This document shows positions 31,121 to 45,777 of a stretch of DNA of 64,000 bases, in pieces. The stretch lies in NCBI RefSeq assembly GCF_009914755.1, contig NC_060936.1; one strand, given 5' to 3'. The position numbers and the translations under genes are program-made. The stretch comes from the human T2T-CHM13v2.0 reference genome, Homo sapiens. How positions within the stretch are numbered: position 1 is the stretch's first letter; each line of letters opens with the position of its first letter. A model generated the notes under the pieces. The model saw nothing but the letters and a program-made list of their open reading frames with translations. It made no database searches and had not been told where the DNA came from.

Positions 31121-32189
31121 TGAAATACCTCTGTTTGTGAATGGTCTTTCTGATTTGGAATTTCACTGTTTACTTCTTACTTGGCTACAGAGACACAGGA
31201 TTGAGAAGAGGATAATGTGATATTATCCCCAGGAGCAACAGCGACTTGGTATACATGCCAGTCTAACCTATATGGGGAGTTGTGGGTTTCTTTTCTTATA
31301 TCTTGAAGGTAGGTGAAGTTTGTGGAAATTGTTGAGTTCAAGGGAGGCAAGTTTTGTCTTGGGATATTAGAGTCTAATTGCTTCCCAAGCAATTCTTGCT
31401 TGGGATTATTTAATACGGGTTACATGGCTTAAGTTTACCCATCAATAGGAATTGGGTTCAATTGTGGGAGCAGAAGGCACACTCCTATTTTATTCCTATC
31501 TTTTTTTTGTCTGATTTTATGAAATTTTGTTGCATCCTTTTCTGGATACAGTAGCCACATTCGTAATATACACTGAATGTACAGAAGTGTTCCTCTGTGT
31601 TCGGGAGCTTTCTAGTCTTTCTAGTCTTTCCTCCAGTCCATTAAATTCAAGGTAAACAAACTACCTCCATGTAGAAGCTAAACTGCTTCTGTAACAAGCT
31701 TTCCACAAACTTCCCACAGGATAAAAAGAATAGTCTAGCAATATTCCCCTTGTGTTGCTCATAATTCTGGGCAGATAGTAAACCAATTAAATAACACAGC
31801 TGGACAAACATTCCAACTATAATTTATAAAGTTCAGATCGTGAACACATTTTCATTGTCTTCTTTCTCCATATGGAATCTCATTGTTTCTTTTAATTATT
31901 TTTTTTTAAAAATGTGTTTATGTAAGATGGCGTGTTCTTTAGCTAGTGAAAATAAATTTATGCTGCATTTGAAATGAAATGAATTTTTTGAGGGGAACCA
32001 TTTTGGGGAGAAAATTTGTTTAGAATAAACAATATTCTTTGAAGATAGAAATGATTGAATTTTTGAGTCTAGCTTAGGCTGTGTTGGCACTGAAGCTTCC
32101 CCTCCAGTTTTTCTCAGCAGTTATCTGGTGAGATGACCTATTGGGATAAGTGTATAACTTAGTAACCACCAGTCATTCTGCTGAAGATA

Positions 32190-32440
32190 TAATCATTGCA
32201 GTGAACATTTATGAGCACTTGCCTTGAAGCAGAGCCTGTTCCAAGTGCTTTACATGAGTTGTGCTATTTAGCCTTCAAAATGACCTGTTGGTGTGCTTAT
32301 AGTTACCATCCCATTTTGTGGATAAGGAGAAAAAGGTATAGAGAGGTGAGTAAACTGCTTGTTGTCACCTAGCAAGCTAGTATGTAAACCTAGGAATTGT
32401 GACTCCAGATCTATACTTTTAACCCTGATGCTGTATTACC
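32190..32440 (-). mobile_element. Near full-length MIR
   Basis: AACATTTATGAGCACTT...CCAAGTGCTTTACATG...CCCATTTTGTGGATAAGGA...GACTCCAGA...TTTAACC. Confidence 0.8.
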
Positions 32441-32781
32441 ATCCTTCAAAAGAAAGTGGCCTGTTTCATTGGTCTTTAAGTGACCTCTTCTTTTTTGGAA
32501 CCACTAACCTATCGACCTACGAACTGGTCAACAACTAACTGGTCAACCAGCCTTCAAATGACAATGACAGTTTTCCTTACCTCATTACCAAAAGGCAGAC
32601 CAGAAGAAATCATTTCCTGGAAACAATTAGAGAAAGGTAAATAAGTTTTGTAGCTCTATTTAAAACATGTGTACAAAATTGACTTGATTTTTTTCTTTCA
32701 TTTCTTGATTGTTGAGACACTTTCACTTTGCATGTGCTCAAAAATAGAACCATCTGATGAAAATTCCATATTCCATACTTT

Positions 32782-34693
32782 AAAAAAATTTCCAGCTTTT
32801 ATTTTAAGTTCAGGGGTACATGTGCAGGATGTGCAGATTTGGTGCATAGGTAAACATGTGCCATGGTGGTTTGAAGCACAGGTCATCCCATCACCCAGAT
32901 ATTAAGCCCAGCCTCCATTAGCTATTATTCCTGATCCTCTCCCTCCCCCAGATGCCCCCAGTGTGTGTTGTTCCTCTCCATGTGTCCATGTGTTTTCATC
33001 AGTTAGCTCCCACTTATAAGTGAGGACATGCAGAATTTTGTTTTCTGTCCCTGTGTTAGTTTGCTAAGGATAATGGCCCCCAGCTCCATCCTTGTCCCTG
33101 CAAAGGACATGACTTCATTCCTTTTTATGGCTGCATAAAATTCCATGGTGTATATACACCACATTTTCTTTATCCAGTCTCTCACTGATAGACATATAAG
33201 TTGATTCCATGTCTTTGCTATTGTGAATAGTGCTACAGTGAACATACCCGTGCATGTGTCTTTGTGGAAGAAGAATTTATATTTCTTTGGGTATATACCC
33301 AGTAATGGGATTGCTGGGTCAAATGGTGTTTCTGCCTTTACATCTTTGAGGAATTGGCACACTGTCTTCCACCATGGTTGGACTAATTTACACTCCCACC
33401 AACAGTGTATAAAGCATTCCTTTTTCTCCATAACCTCACCATTATCTGCTATTTTTTGACTTTTTAATAATGGCCATTATGACTGGTGTGAGATGGTATC
33501 TCATTGTGGTTTTGATTTGCATTTCTTTAATGATCAGTGATGTTGAGCTTTTTTTCATATGCCTGTTGGCTGCATGTTTGTCTTCTTTCAAGAAGTGTCT
33601 GTTCATGTTCTTTGCCCACTTCTTAATGGGGTTTTTTTTTTTTTTTCTTGTAAATTTGTTTAAGTTACTTATAGATGCTGGATGTTAGACCTTTGTCAGA
33701 TAGATAGATTGCAAAAATTTCTTACTATTCTACAGGTTGTCTGTTTACTCTGTTGATAGTTTCCTTTGCTATACAGAAGCTTTTAAGTTTAATTAGATCC
33801 CATTTGTTAATTTTTGCTTTTGTTGCAATTGCTTTTGGCATCTTTGTCATGAAATATTTGCCTGTGCGTATGTCCTGAATGGTATTGCCTAGATTTTCTT
33901 CTAGGGTTTTTATAGTTTTTGGTTTTATAAAGTCTTTAATCCATCTTGAGTTGATTTTTGTATATGGTGTAAGAAGGAGTCCAGTTTCTGTTTTCAGCAT
34001 ATGGCTAGCCAGTTCTCCCAGCACCGTTTATTAAATAGGGAGTCCTTTCCCCATTGCTTGTTTTTTTTGTCAGCTTTGTCGAAGATCTGATGGTTATAGG
34101 TTTGTGGCCTTATTTTTCTGGATTCTCTATTCTGTCCCATTGGTCTATGTGTCTGTTCTTGTACCAGTACCATGATGTTTTGGTTATCGTAGCCTTGTAA
34201 TATAATTTGAAGTCAGGTGGAGTGATGCCTCCAGCTTTGTTCTTTTTGCTTAGGATTGCCTTAGCTATTTGCACTTTTTTATTTGGTTCCATATGGATTT
34301 TAAAGTAGCTTTTTCTAATTCTGCCAAGAATGTCAATGGTAATTTAATGGGAAGAGCACTGAATCTATAAATTGCTTTGGGCAGTATGGCCATTTTCACA
34401 ATATTGTTTCCTCCTATCCATGAGCATGGAATGTTTTTCCATTTGTTTGTGTCATCTCTGATTTCTCTGAGCAGTGGCTTGTAGTTCTCCCCGAAGAGGT
34501 TCATCACTTTCCTTTTTAGCCGTGTTCCTAGGTATTTTATTCTTTTTGTGGCCATTGTGAATGGGAGTTCATTCATGATTTGGCTGTTGGCTTGCCTGTA
34601 GGTGTATAGGAATGCTGGCAATTTTCGTACATCGATTTTGTATCCTGGGACTGTGCTGAAGTTGGTTATCTGCTTAAGAAGCTTTTGCATAGC
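32782..34693 (-). mobile_element. 5'-truncated L1PA (L1PA8-11-like), ~1.9 kb
   Basis: 3'UTR TTTTAAGTTCAGGGGTACATGTGCAGGATGTGCAG; ORF2 C-terminal peptides in the track; TSD CCATACTTT at 32773-32781 and 34694-34702. Confidence 0.92.
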
Positions 34694-35993
34694 CCATACT
34701 TTTTACCTTACTGCATTCTTATGAAAATAATTCACTGAGTCTCAAGAACGTATTCATTCTTTTTTTCCAGTTCACACTTGTAACACTCTAGGAAGTCACA
34801 AATTCTCAAATGAATTGTTCCAATTGGTTGCTCATTATTCATGGGCTCTGTTAGAATGTAACTGTGCTCCTCCTTAGAGGGCAAAAAGTGGATTAGTAGT
34901 GGCTAATGATAAGAGGAGTTTACTTCCTCTAGTTTTTGAAATTTTTTTGTGTGTAAATTTAACTTTTCCCATAGCATATTTTAGATGCTTTAGATACTTA
35001 GGATGTACAGAAGGTACATGGCTTTTCAAAGCTCATGTATTTAGAGAGGCAGAGCTGGAGTCACTTTCTTAGCGTAGACCACTTCCAGCTAAATTTATCT
35101 TCCTTTCTCATCTAAATTGCGTTTTAATCATTGTAGATACTAGTCGAGCAAAAACTGTCAAGCAAAAACTGTGCTTTGAAGTGTTCCATCTGTTTGAGGG
35201 CTTATCATTTATATATATATTTGAAAATGTACCAAATATAAGTTCTGCTATGTTCTCAGGAACTGTGGAACTCTGCTCTGATTTCTAGTTGAACTCTTGA
35301 TCAGTATCTCCAGGGATGATAAAGATTAACAAGCTGAGTCACACTAGCAAGACACGAAAGAGAAAGATTGGCAAATTGGAATGCTAATTAGTTAATTCAC
35401 CCCACTTTGCTTCCTTGTGAAGTATTGCCTCCATTGAGCTGTTATTCTTATATTTTTGGAGGAATATTACAAGAAACAGTCTTACGAAATCTGATGCTCC
35501 ATTGGCAGTAGAAATGCTGTCAAGGATGTTTCCTACGGTATGGCTCAGTGCTCCATTAGGAAAGTCCCAAGTGAGAAATTTCTACGTAGCTCTAAGAGAT
35601 TAGAAAAGTTCTGCTTTCTCTGAGAAGTGATTATATCTTTATTCCTCATTTTAACAACACAGATCAACCATAACTTCCATTTCTCTTTGACTACCTTAGA
35701 GAGAAAAATGAATTATATTGACACTTATGATCTGAATATTTGCTTTTCCCCCCACCTACTCATGCCTTAAAGCTTTCCAAGAATGTATTATTATTGATAT
35801 TTTATTATTTTGCTATGTGCATTTCTGTTGCCTGTTGCTTACAATTCTTTGCAGGATTTGGTTGGGTACAAAACACTCTATAAATCTAATTTGCTGCAAG
35901 AATAACAACTGGGTGAGGAATGAGTTTTATGCTTTATTTGGATAAATTTATGAGGCCAGACTTCTTTTATGAAAGGAATTCCTTTTCTTCTTC

Positions 35994-36515
35994 TGTCAGG
36001 GAGAAAAATCTTGTTCTTTATTCTTTTAATTTTAGTTATTGGGGACCTGTGAATTAAACTGACAGAAAACTGATTAGCAAAATCAATAAATGAATGAAAA
36101 GGCAGATTTTCATTCCTATACCTATGTTGGAGTTCACAGAATCATGTGACTCAAAGATGAGGTTAGATTTAGAGGCCTATATACACTATTAACAGGAGAA
36201 AGAAGAGGTAGAATGGCACTTATGGGAAAACAAATGATTTTTAGGAAAGATAAATAAACACTTAGGAGAATAGATGGGAGATATGATAGTTTGTGATGAT
36301 GTCTTTTTAGGCAAGTTCTTATCTTTGTGCTGGCTTCTCATTTGTGGTTGTAGAAGTCAATCTTCCCTGGTTGTGAAACTCCTCAGGGAGGGCATTTATG
36401 ACAGCTGAATTCTGTTGGAAGGTTCTTTTTTAGGCAGATAAGGGGAGTTCAGGGAAACAAACAAACAAACAAACAAACAAACAAATCCAACTCTGGTATA
36501 TTCCGGGTCCTTTCA
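35994..36515 (-). mobile_element. MER34/MER39-like ERV1 solo LTR containing (AAAC)n at ~36454-36485
   Basis: TG...CA termini; minus strand starts TGAAAGGACCCGGAATATACC; 4-bp TSD-like CTTC/TTTC. Confidence 0.65.
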
Positions 36516-36878
36516 TTTCTGAAGAAACTGCTCTTGGGAGGGTAAGTTCATCTGGGTAGATCACTGGTCATTGCAAAATTTGGTTGTGGGTTAAAGTGGG
36601 TTCCAGAAATGTATTTCTCTAAGTTTTAGTTAAATTTAATAGCTTGACACATCCTTCTCTTAGTTAGTAATGATGTATTCCCTAATTAAATTTCCAGAGT
36701 GCTGGGCTGACATTCTGATTTCTTAAAACTTTCTGTCTCCAACTCACCATGCAAACCTTCAGGGTTATGGTATTTCCTGGCATCTCATTTCTTGTTTTGT
36801 TTTTTTTTTCCTCAATTGTAAATGCATTCTTTTTTCTTCCTTCAAATGACAAACTTGTGCTTATTTTGTGTCAATTGA

Positions 36879-37339
<461 letters not shown>

Positions 37340-37941
37340 CTAGCACTTCTTGTACCACATTTAGCGATAATTTTTGTTGAAAGAAGTACACATCAAAAAA
37401 AAGTCCTTTCTTTATTCACTTTTACTTTGTCCTGATTTCTTTTGTTTTTGGTCTAACCAGGCTCACAGGCTCCTAATTACATTATTTCTGCCAAGATTAG
37501 AGACTTAAGTACTAAAATAGAAAGAAGTTAATTCAAATACACAGAATTTTCTCAACCAAAAATCCATATCTTATAAAAGATAATACATATCTTATAAAAA
37601 TACATATCTTATAGAAGTATAAAATATATTTTATAAAAGTCCAAAATATATCCTCGATCTATCTACTTCCTTATGTCTCAACTATTATCCTGTTTTTGTT
37701 TTTTTACCAAATAAATTCCATTTGTACTGTAATAACTTCCTAATTCATCACTCTGCTACCTTTCTTTCAGTCAAGCCATTTGTCCAGTACTATAGACAAT
37801 GTGATTTTTTTAAAAGGTAAGAGAGATCGTTAAAGGTTAAAACCCTTTCGTGGTTATCTAGTGCCCTTAGCACCAAACCCTAACTTGTCAACACGACCCA
37901 CAAGGCCCTGTATGATTTTGCACTTACATCTTATCTCAGAC

Positions 37942-38721
37942 TGTTAAGTTCTTACCCACTGTGCAGATAGAGCCAAACATGGAGACAGCAGGTATTGCAG
38001 CAAAGAAAGAGTTTGTCACAAGGCAATTGAATGAGGATAGGAGATATTTCTCAAATGTGTCTCCCTGAGAATCCAGAGGCTAAGGTTTTAAAAGGATGGT
38101 TTGGCAGGAAGATTGGGGATGAAATCATAGGAGTGTTGAAGCTGTCTTCATGTGCTGAGTCAGTTCCTGGGTTGGGGTGGTGTTCACAAGACCAGTGGAG
38201 TTAGTTCTTTAGTTGGTATTACAAGTCACTGGTCTGGTTGGTGTTAGTTGGTCCACTTGCATGCAGAATCTGAAAAATATCTCAGAGATCGGTCTTAGGT
38301 TTCACAGTAGTGTTTGTGATCTCGATTACTATGGAAAAGCAAGGTAGGAACCAATGACAGGCTATTGTTAACTCTGTCTATAGTTAGCAGAGAGGTTTGC
38401 AAGAGGTGAGATCCCCAGTGGTCACAGCTGCTTGGTTCCTTGGCCAATCTGACTTCTAGAAGACATGAAGGGGGTCTGTATGACCCAAGAATCATTGTTG
38501 TTTAAAAGAAAAGTTAATTAATCTTGCAGGCAGCCTGACCAGAGGCTAGATAGGAAGATTATCAGTTATTAGTGACTACCGTTTATTGAAATGACTTGTG
38601 CAAGCAATCATATATGGAGGAAGAAAAGGTCAGCGAGAAGGGAATATACTTTACCAAAATTTAGGCCCTTACCATAATTCCAATCTTGTGGTCTTTTATT
38701 AATTTTATGAAGGTGGTTTCA
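37942..38721 (-). mobile_element. ERV1 MER4-group solo LTR (LTR8/LTR26-like)
   Basis: Minus strand begins TGAAACCACCTT; TG...CA termini; 4-bp TSD-like AGAC/ATAC; GCTGAGTCAGTTCCTGGG and TCTGAAAAATATCTCA blocks. Confidence 0.7.
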
Positions 38722-39014
38722 ATACATCATTTCGTATAAACTCCCATTGTTTTTTCTTTCCAGCCACAATGGCTGCCTTTCTCTTCCTACAAAGCACTAT
38801 GCTCATTCTTGCTCAGGGTCTTTGTACAATGTGTTTCCCTTGTCTGGGCCATTTTTGTCCAGATTTTCTCAGGGCTAGTTCTCATCATTTGAATATCATC
38901 TTCCCAGGGAAGCCCTCTCTGACTACTTTCCCTGAAGTCACCCTCTTCTACCCTATTTACTTTCTCTCATATTACCTGTTTTATTTTCTTCATATCACAA
39001 CACCACCTGAAATT

Positions 39015-39306
39015 CTTTCTTTTGGAAACAAGGTCTTACTTTATCACCCAGGCTGGAGTGCTGTGGCACAATCATGGCTCACTGCAGCCTCAACTTCCCA
39101 GGCTCAAGTGATCCTTCCACCTCAGGCTCCTGAGTAGCTGGGACTGCAGACTTATGCTGCCATGCCTGGCTAATTAAAACTTTTTTTTAATAGATATGGG
39201 GTCTCACTATGTTGCCTTGGCTGGTCTCAAACTCTTGGCCTCAAGCAATCCTCCTGCCTCAGCCACCCAAAGTGTGAGATTAGAGGGGTGAGCCATCATG
39301 CCCAGA
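39015..39306 (-). mobile_element. AluJ
   Basis: J-type CACTGCAGCCTCAACTTCCCAGGCTCAAGTGATCC; TSD CTGAAATT. Confidence 0.9.
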
Positions 39307-39624
39307 CTGAAATTATTTACTCGTTTATTGCCCATCCCCTCAAAAGAATGTAAACCCTATAAGATGGAGGCATTGTCTACCTTATTCTCTGCCATGACCA
39401 TATCTGCTCTGAAATGTACTCACTGACTCTTTGTTAAGTGAATCATGTCAAATAGAAAAAAAAATAATTGTACTACTTGCTAAATAGTTACAGGGTGATA
39501 AGTTTTCCAAACAAACAGTAAATTCATGAAATTGATGTAGAAACTTGGTTTTGAATATATTTTATACAAATATTTTGAATACAGTTTTACTGAAATGCTT
39601 GGATAGACTTTCATACACAGTATT

Positions 39625-40800
39625 ATATTTAAAAAATTTTGGAATAAGCATAAACTTATAGAAAAGTTGAAAGTATAGTACTGGAACTATTATGTTTTTC
39701 TTGAATAATTTAGTAGTATGTTGCTGAATGCTTTCATGTGTGTTTCTCATTAACAAGGACATTCTCCTACATAACTAGATCCAACTACCAAATCAGGAAA
39801 TTTACATTGATACATTACTACGGTATGTTCCTCAGAATCCACTGAAGTTTCATCAGTTGTCCCAGTCATGCCACTGATAGCAAAAGGATCCAGTAGAATC
39901 ACTCATTGTAATTAGGTCTCGTGTTTCTTTATCTTTCTTCATTTTGGAACAGTTCCTTAGTCTTATCTTAACTTTCACAACCTTGACACTTTTGAACATA
40001 AAAGGCCCATTATTTTGAAGAATGTTCTTTAATTTGTAATTGTGAGGAACATGATAGATGTGATGCTAAGTTCTCATTGCATCCCGTCATGTGGCACCTG
40101 ATTTTAATTTTTCCTGTTTCTGATGGTATTTACCTTGATCATTTGATTAAGGTGGTATCTGCCAGACATCTCTACTGTAAACTTACTCTCTTTTCCTTTT
40201 CGTAAGAGTGTTTTGTGGAACAGTCCCTTAAGATTATATGACACATCTCTTTTCTCATCGAACTTTCAATTTATTCATTTATTTAAATGTGTGTGTTTTC
40301 TATTTTACTCTTCAATGGGTTATACTTTGTTACCATCTTTACTTGATATAATGCTCAAATTCCTCCCAATTTAGCCAGGAATTTGCTCAAGCTGGCTTTT
40401 GTGTCCTTTCGACATGCCTTTACCATTTTTTGTGTGCTTCCTTGATTCTTGGCATAACAAGACATTCCAGGCTCATTTTATACTTCCCTTGTTTTAATTC
40501 TGTCTATAGTCTGCTGTTTCTCTATGAAGACTTAGTTTCTTTTAGTGAAGAATGGTAATTAAAGTCCAAAGTCTGGACATTAGGTATGTTCATTGATATT
40601 GAGGTATCATTGCTTCCAGGCATTCCAATGGGCAGATAAGGGGATAAACATATATAAAATTTACATATTTATAGCTATACTTATTTCCATATGTATGCAT
40701 GTGTGTATATATATGCATGTGTATGTATTTATGTGTGTGTATACGTATAAATATAGTGTGTGTATCAAAAACCGTAACTTCACACATTTCTTCCAGTTCT
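39625..40800 (-). mobile_element. Ancient L1MC/L1MD-like 3' region
   Basis: AACAAGGACATTCTCCTACATAAC...AAATCAGGAAATTTACATTGATAC, TTGATCATTTGATTAAGGTGGTATCTGCCAG, CATTCCAGGCTCATTTTATACTTCCC. Confidence 0.75.
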
Positions 40801-42580
40801 AGTCCTCTCTAACCATATCCTAATATGTCCCTTTGGGTGAGTTTACATGGTAGTGACTTTGTCAGCCTAACTGTACCCCAAGTCTAGTCTGACTCTTGAT
40901 TACAAATTAAAAAAAAATCTTATTCATGATGGGTACTGTATCCATTGAAGTCTGAGAAAAAGTGTTGGCAGAAGGGACATTTTGTGGGAACACATGGGGA
41001 AAAGATTGAGAAATGTATACTTAATATTGAAATGCATGTATAATAATACATTTCCACAATCATACTCTATTTGTTTACATTCATTAGAATGCTGCACCCT
41101 TTCCCCATCTCCCTCACCTGGGTTCAAGTAATCATTGGTTATGCTTTGCTGCTTTTTTAGCTACAAGTTGCTCAATATTTTTAAACCTTGCATTACTTTA
41201 TTTACTTGTTATTTATAGGTATTTAATATATTGTATTATATATTTATGTGCTATATGAGATAGTTGTATAAAAATAGGATCAACCTGTGACGTGGGAATG
41301 GGCAAAATGAGATGTTTAGCAATTTCAGGCTTCCTCAATAAAAATCAATGGCAAATCATCTCATGACTGGTAAGTGCTGAGAAGCTGAGCGGGAGGACAG
41401 AAAGCATTTGAAAGGTCAGAAATAAGATGTCCACAAAAATGAGAATATGAGCTCTGCCTGATGACTGAGTAACAATTCCAAATACAACCTTCGTGTTTTC
41501 ATAAACCCATGTGAGTGAATTGGCCTTCAAAATATTAAAGTCCACTTTAATGTCAGTAAAAAAGAGAAATTATAGTGAAGGGTCATTATTAGGAAAAAAG
41601 GAACTGCATTGAGATAGGAAAAGCCAGTATGCCAGAAGTGCTGCAGGCGGTTTTCCCTGCTGGTGAAGGATAACTCACAAGTGGAAGGCAAAGTGAAAAC
41701 AAAATACCTCACCTGTTAAATGCCTCTTCCGGATTTCAGCCTGAAGTAAGATCCCAGGCTGGCCTTTTGAAATGATCAACATCAATAACTAACGTACTGA
41801 TGTTAGTCATTTCTATTTATTAACTTATAAAATAAAAACTTTGTATCAGTTTCTTTATACTGTTTGAGACCCAGATCTAAATGCTTACTCTTTTCTTTTT
41901 TTGGCTCCACAACCCTCCGGCAATACCTAAATACCTGAGAAGCAGTTGCTTTTTCCATTCCAGCAAGAAAGAAAGCTAATGAGGAAAATAGTATTTGCCT
42001 TGAAGTAAGTTTTCCTTGATTTTCCATCTCATTTTAAAGAAAAAAGCAAAAAGATTTCTTTAAAAGAGGCACATATGAAAGTACCTTAAGGATGCGGAAT
42101 GGCTTAATTAGGAGTCACTGTTATTTTCTTTTATTGATTTCAATTGGGATATAGATCATTAGTTTTCTATTAGTTTTTTTATTATCGTCGTATGGCTTTA
42201 TAAAGTAATACTATTAAACTAATGTTCTACAACATAAAGGGGAATTGGTTTATTGTGGCTTTTAATGTTTCTGGAAAGATTAATTTTTGTATAATGATTA
42301 TTTTACTTCTTAATACTGCTATGGCTCGAAAAGATATAGAACCTGATGAGTACAAATCCATCTTGGCTATAAGCCTAGTTTTATGTTATCATGTAAAAAA
42401 GAAAATTTGCTTCAAATTCTTTGCTTTTGCATGCATTTTTTTGTTGTTCAATTGCTGTTATAAATACTATGAATGGCCATTATTGAGAGTTCGGGAATTT
42501 TTTTCCCCCTTAAATATGAAGATAGACCAAAGGTAAGGTTCCTATATTGTCAAGGAGCCAATCACTGCATTGATTTATCT

Positions 42581-42599
42581 TTGCCACTAGATGTCCCTG
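42581..42599 (+). promoter_or_regulatory. Weaker candidate CTCF motif
   Basis: TTGCCACTAGATGTCCCTG has core CCACTAGATG with a variant 3' half. Confidence 0.3.
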
Positions 42600-42981
42600 T
42601 ATTGATGCGCCTTCTACTTCAGAAGCTTCTTTGAAAACAAACTAACAAAATGAGAGATGTTTGCTACTCTTCAAGTCTTTTTCCTTCCTCTAAGTTAGCA
42701 ACCTGGGACTTCCCAGATACGATCCTCTTCTTTCCAGAGGATTAATTCCTTAGGACTGGACAGGAATGGAATTAAGCGAAATGCAAGTAAAGTTAGGTTT
42801 AGGCGTTGGCCTAAATATATGCCTCTATTAACTACTCAGCCTAGAAAATGTGAGAAGCTGTATAATTTAGATCGACAGAATTTTAAACATGCTAAAATGA
42901 GTAGGGGCTTGAATTTGAATTACATAATCAAAATGGCAGATAATTTAAAGTTATATTTGGTAATAAAACAGTTTGTATTTA

Positions 42982-43339
42982 TATTTTTTAAAATTTTAGG
43001 TTCAGTGGTACATGTGCAGGTTTGTTATATAGGTGAACTTGTGTCAGGGGGTTTGTTGTACAGATTATTTCATCACCCAGGTATTAAGCCCAGCACTCAA
43101 TAGTTTTCTTCTCTGCTCTTCTCCCTCCTCCCATCCTCCACTCTCAAGTAGTCACCAGTGTCTGTTGTTCCCTTCTTTGTGTTCATGAGTTCTCATCATT
43201 TAGCTTCCACTTATAAGTGAGAACATGCAGCATTTGGTTTTCTGTTCCTGCATTAGTCTGCTAAGGATAATAGCCTCCAGCTCCATCCATATTCCCTCAA
43301 AAGACATGATCTTGTTCTTTCTTATGGCTGCATAGTATT
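42982..43339 (-). mobile_element. Short 5'-truncated L1PA15/16-like 3' end
   Basis: GGTACATGTGCAGGTTTGTTATATAGGTGAACTTGTGTCAGGGGG...; flanked by GTATTTAT(A/G)TTTT repeats. Confidence 0.88.
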
Positions 43340-44394
43340 TATGTTTTGAATATGAGAATGTTTGGTGTTATGGGAATGAATGAAAATTTCAGTAATAGAC
43401 TCATACAGATAATATTCATCTTCAAGGAAATTTGTAGTTGTTGAAATCTCTTACACAGCTTCTTACTTCAGTACTCTTCACTGTTTTCCATACTTGACAA
43501 AGATTGACCATGTCAGCTTCCAGAAAAATGTGACAAGATAGCTTTACCTGAGCTAATTTCTTTATAAGTTTGATTGTTAGCTCTTAGATTACCTACAAAA
43601 GAGGAGATAACTGAATGTTTTGATTCAAAATGTCTCTTGTTCAATTTTAGGTTATACAGAGTCATAATGTTGGACTGGAATAACAATAAAATAAATATCT
43701 TTTTATACTCTGTTTTAAAATTATTGGACTCAATACATTTTTAGTAGTAAACTACAATGTTAATAATACAAATGATAACCCATTTAAAATCTGAATTGAT
43801 TAAAAACTTTTGGGACAATCATTATGTATTATAATAGATCATTTAAAAAATATTAGACCCTGTATTTAAAATAGGCATTCATTTATCAATTGGATATATT
43901 ATATCTGATTTTGTGGTTAAATAATCTTTTCTCTTATAATATTGATTTAGTCTTTCATGACATGTTACTTATTATACCTCAACACAGGGACAATATAGGG
44001 ACATAAAAATATAAGTTAATGTCAAATAACCACAATTAATGTAACTTTAAAAATCTGCAAATAAAAATAATCTATGTTTTGGAGGCGGCTTTTGTGCAAA
44101 CTTTCTTCTCAGTGTTGAAGAAAAAGACACAGTGGATACCCAGTTTTCTGTTTGCCTTAATACAAAGTGATCTTTGAGAAATGGCAAGCTTGGAGAATGG
44201 GAGTGATTGCAGGAGACTCACAAAGACAGTTATCCATACTGTCTCTTAAAAATAGAAAGAAAATTCTACAATCTAAAGGCTGAGGAATTTGATATCCTGG
44301 ACAAAACTCTTGAAAATATTATTGAGTGAAGTTTGTAAGCCCTTTAAAGAAGGAGAAAGTGATCATTGGAAATAAGCATGTGGAATAAAGAAGT

Positions 44395-45420
44395 CCAATT
44401 ACAAGTGTTGGAGAGGATGTGAAGAAATGAGAATTCTGATACACTGCTGTTAGGAATGTGAGGTGGTGCAGCCAGTTTGGAAAAGTCTAGCAGTTCCTCT
44501 GATGATTAAACATAGAGTTATCATATGACTCAGCAAATTTACCCCTGGTTAGATTCCCAAGAGAAATGAAAACATATGTGAACATAAAAATTTGCACTTC
44601 AGTGTTTATAGCAGCATTATGCATGATAGCCTAAAGGTAGAAACACATCCATCAATGGACAAATGGATAAACAAAATGTAATATATCTATGCAGTGGGAT
44701 ATTGTTTAACCATAAAAAGAAATGAGGTGTTAATACATGCTACAACATGGGTGAACCTTGAAAATATCACGCTTATGCTATGTGAAAGAAGCCAGTCACA
44801 AAAGACCACATACCATGTTATTCGATTCACGTGAACGTTGAGAAGAGGCAAATCCATGTAGACAAAGTAGATTAGTGGTTGCTTAGGGCTGGGGGAGTTA
44901 GGCCAGTACAGGTGGGATAGTTCAAAGGTATAAGGTTTCTTTTTGAGGTGGTGAAATGTTTTTAATTGACTATGGTGATTGGTGCACATACTTGTGAATA
45001 TACTAAAAGCCATTGAATTGAACACTTTATTATTTTTTAAATTTATTTTTTAGAGATGGGGTCCCATTGTGTTGCCTAGGCGGGAGTGCAGTTGTCATGA
45101 TCATAGCTCATTGCAGCTTCCAAACTCCTGGGTTCAAGTGATCCTCCTGCCTCAGCCTCTTGAGTAGCTGGGATTGCAGGTGCATGTCACTGAGCCTTAT
45201 TTATTTATTTACTTATTTATTATAAACAGGGTCTTGCTTTGCTGCCCAGGCTGGTCTCAGACTCCTGGCTTCAAGCTATTCCACTGTTCTGGCCTCCCAA
45301 AGTGGTGGGATTACAGGCATGAGCCTGTGTGCCCAGTGAATTGAACACTTTAAATGGGTGAACCATACATTATATGAATTATATATCAGTAAAGCTATTT
45401 AAAGAAGAAAAGAAAGAAGA
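44395..45420 (+). mobile_element. L1MB-like 3' end (first copy), interrupted by AluJ
   Basis: CAAGTGTTGGAGAGGATGTG...ACATGCTACAACATGGGTGAACCTTGAAAA...GTGAATATACTAAAAGCCATTGAATTG. Confidence 0.85.
45030..45336 (-). mobile_element. AluJ
   Basis: J-type ATCATAGCTCATTGCAGC; perfect 16-bp TSD TGAATTGAACACTTTA at 45014-45029 and 45337-45352. Confidence 0.92.
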
Positions 45421-45777
45421 GAAATACTGTTACTTGATACAACACGATGAACCTTGAAAACATGATGCTGACTGGGAGAAGGCAGTCATACATGGTCATG
45501 TACTGTATGACTCCATTTATAGAAAATGTCCAGAATAGGTAAATCTACGTAGACAGAAAGTCAGTTAGTGGTTGCCTAAAGCTAATTGAAAGGGGAGGAT
45601 TGGGCAAGTGATAGGTAAGGGGCATGTGGTTAATTTGGGGGGTAATAAAAATGTTCTAAGATTGCTTTCGGTGATTGTTGCACAACTATGAATATACTAA
45701 AAGCCATTAATTATATACTTTAAACAGGTAAATTGTATGGCATGTGAATTATATCTCAATAAAGCTGTTAAAAAAAG
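45421..45777 (+). mobile_element. L1MB-like 3' end (second, tandem copy)
   Basis: GATGAACCTTGAAAACATGATGCT...GTATGGCATGTGAATTATATCTCAATAAAGCTGTTAAAAAAA. Confidence 0.85.

Larger units (their letters stand above)
37640..39450 (+). mobile_element. L2 fragments hosting an ERV1 LTR and an AluJ
   Basis: L2-like CACAAGGCCCTGTATGAT, CAGCCACAATGGCTGCCTTTC...CTCAGGGTCTTTGTAC and AGAATGTAAACCCTATAAG. Confidence 0.65.

Noticed and set aside
41700-42000. Minus-strand donor-like motifs (CAG|GTGAGG near 41715, CAG|GTATTT near 41936)
   Set aside because: The implied exons are tiny with unconvincing acceptors and no recognisable peptide
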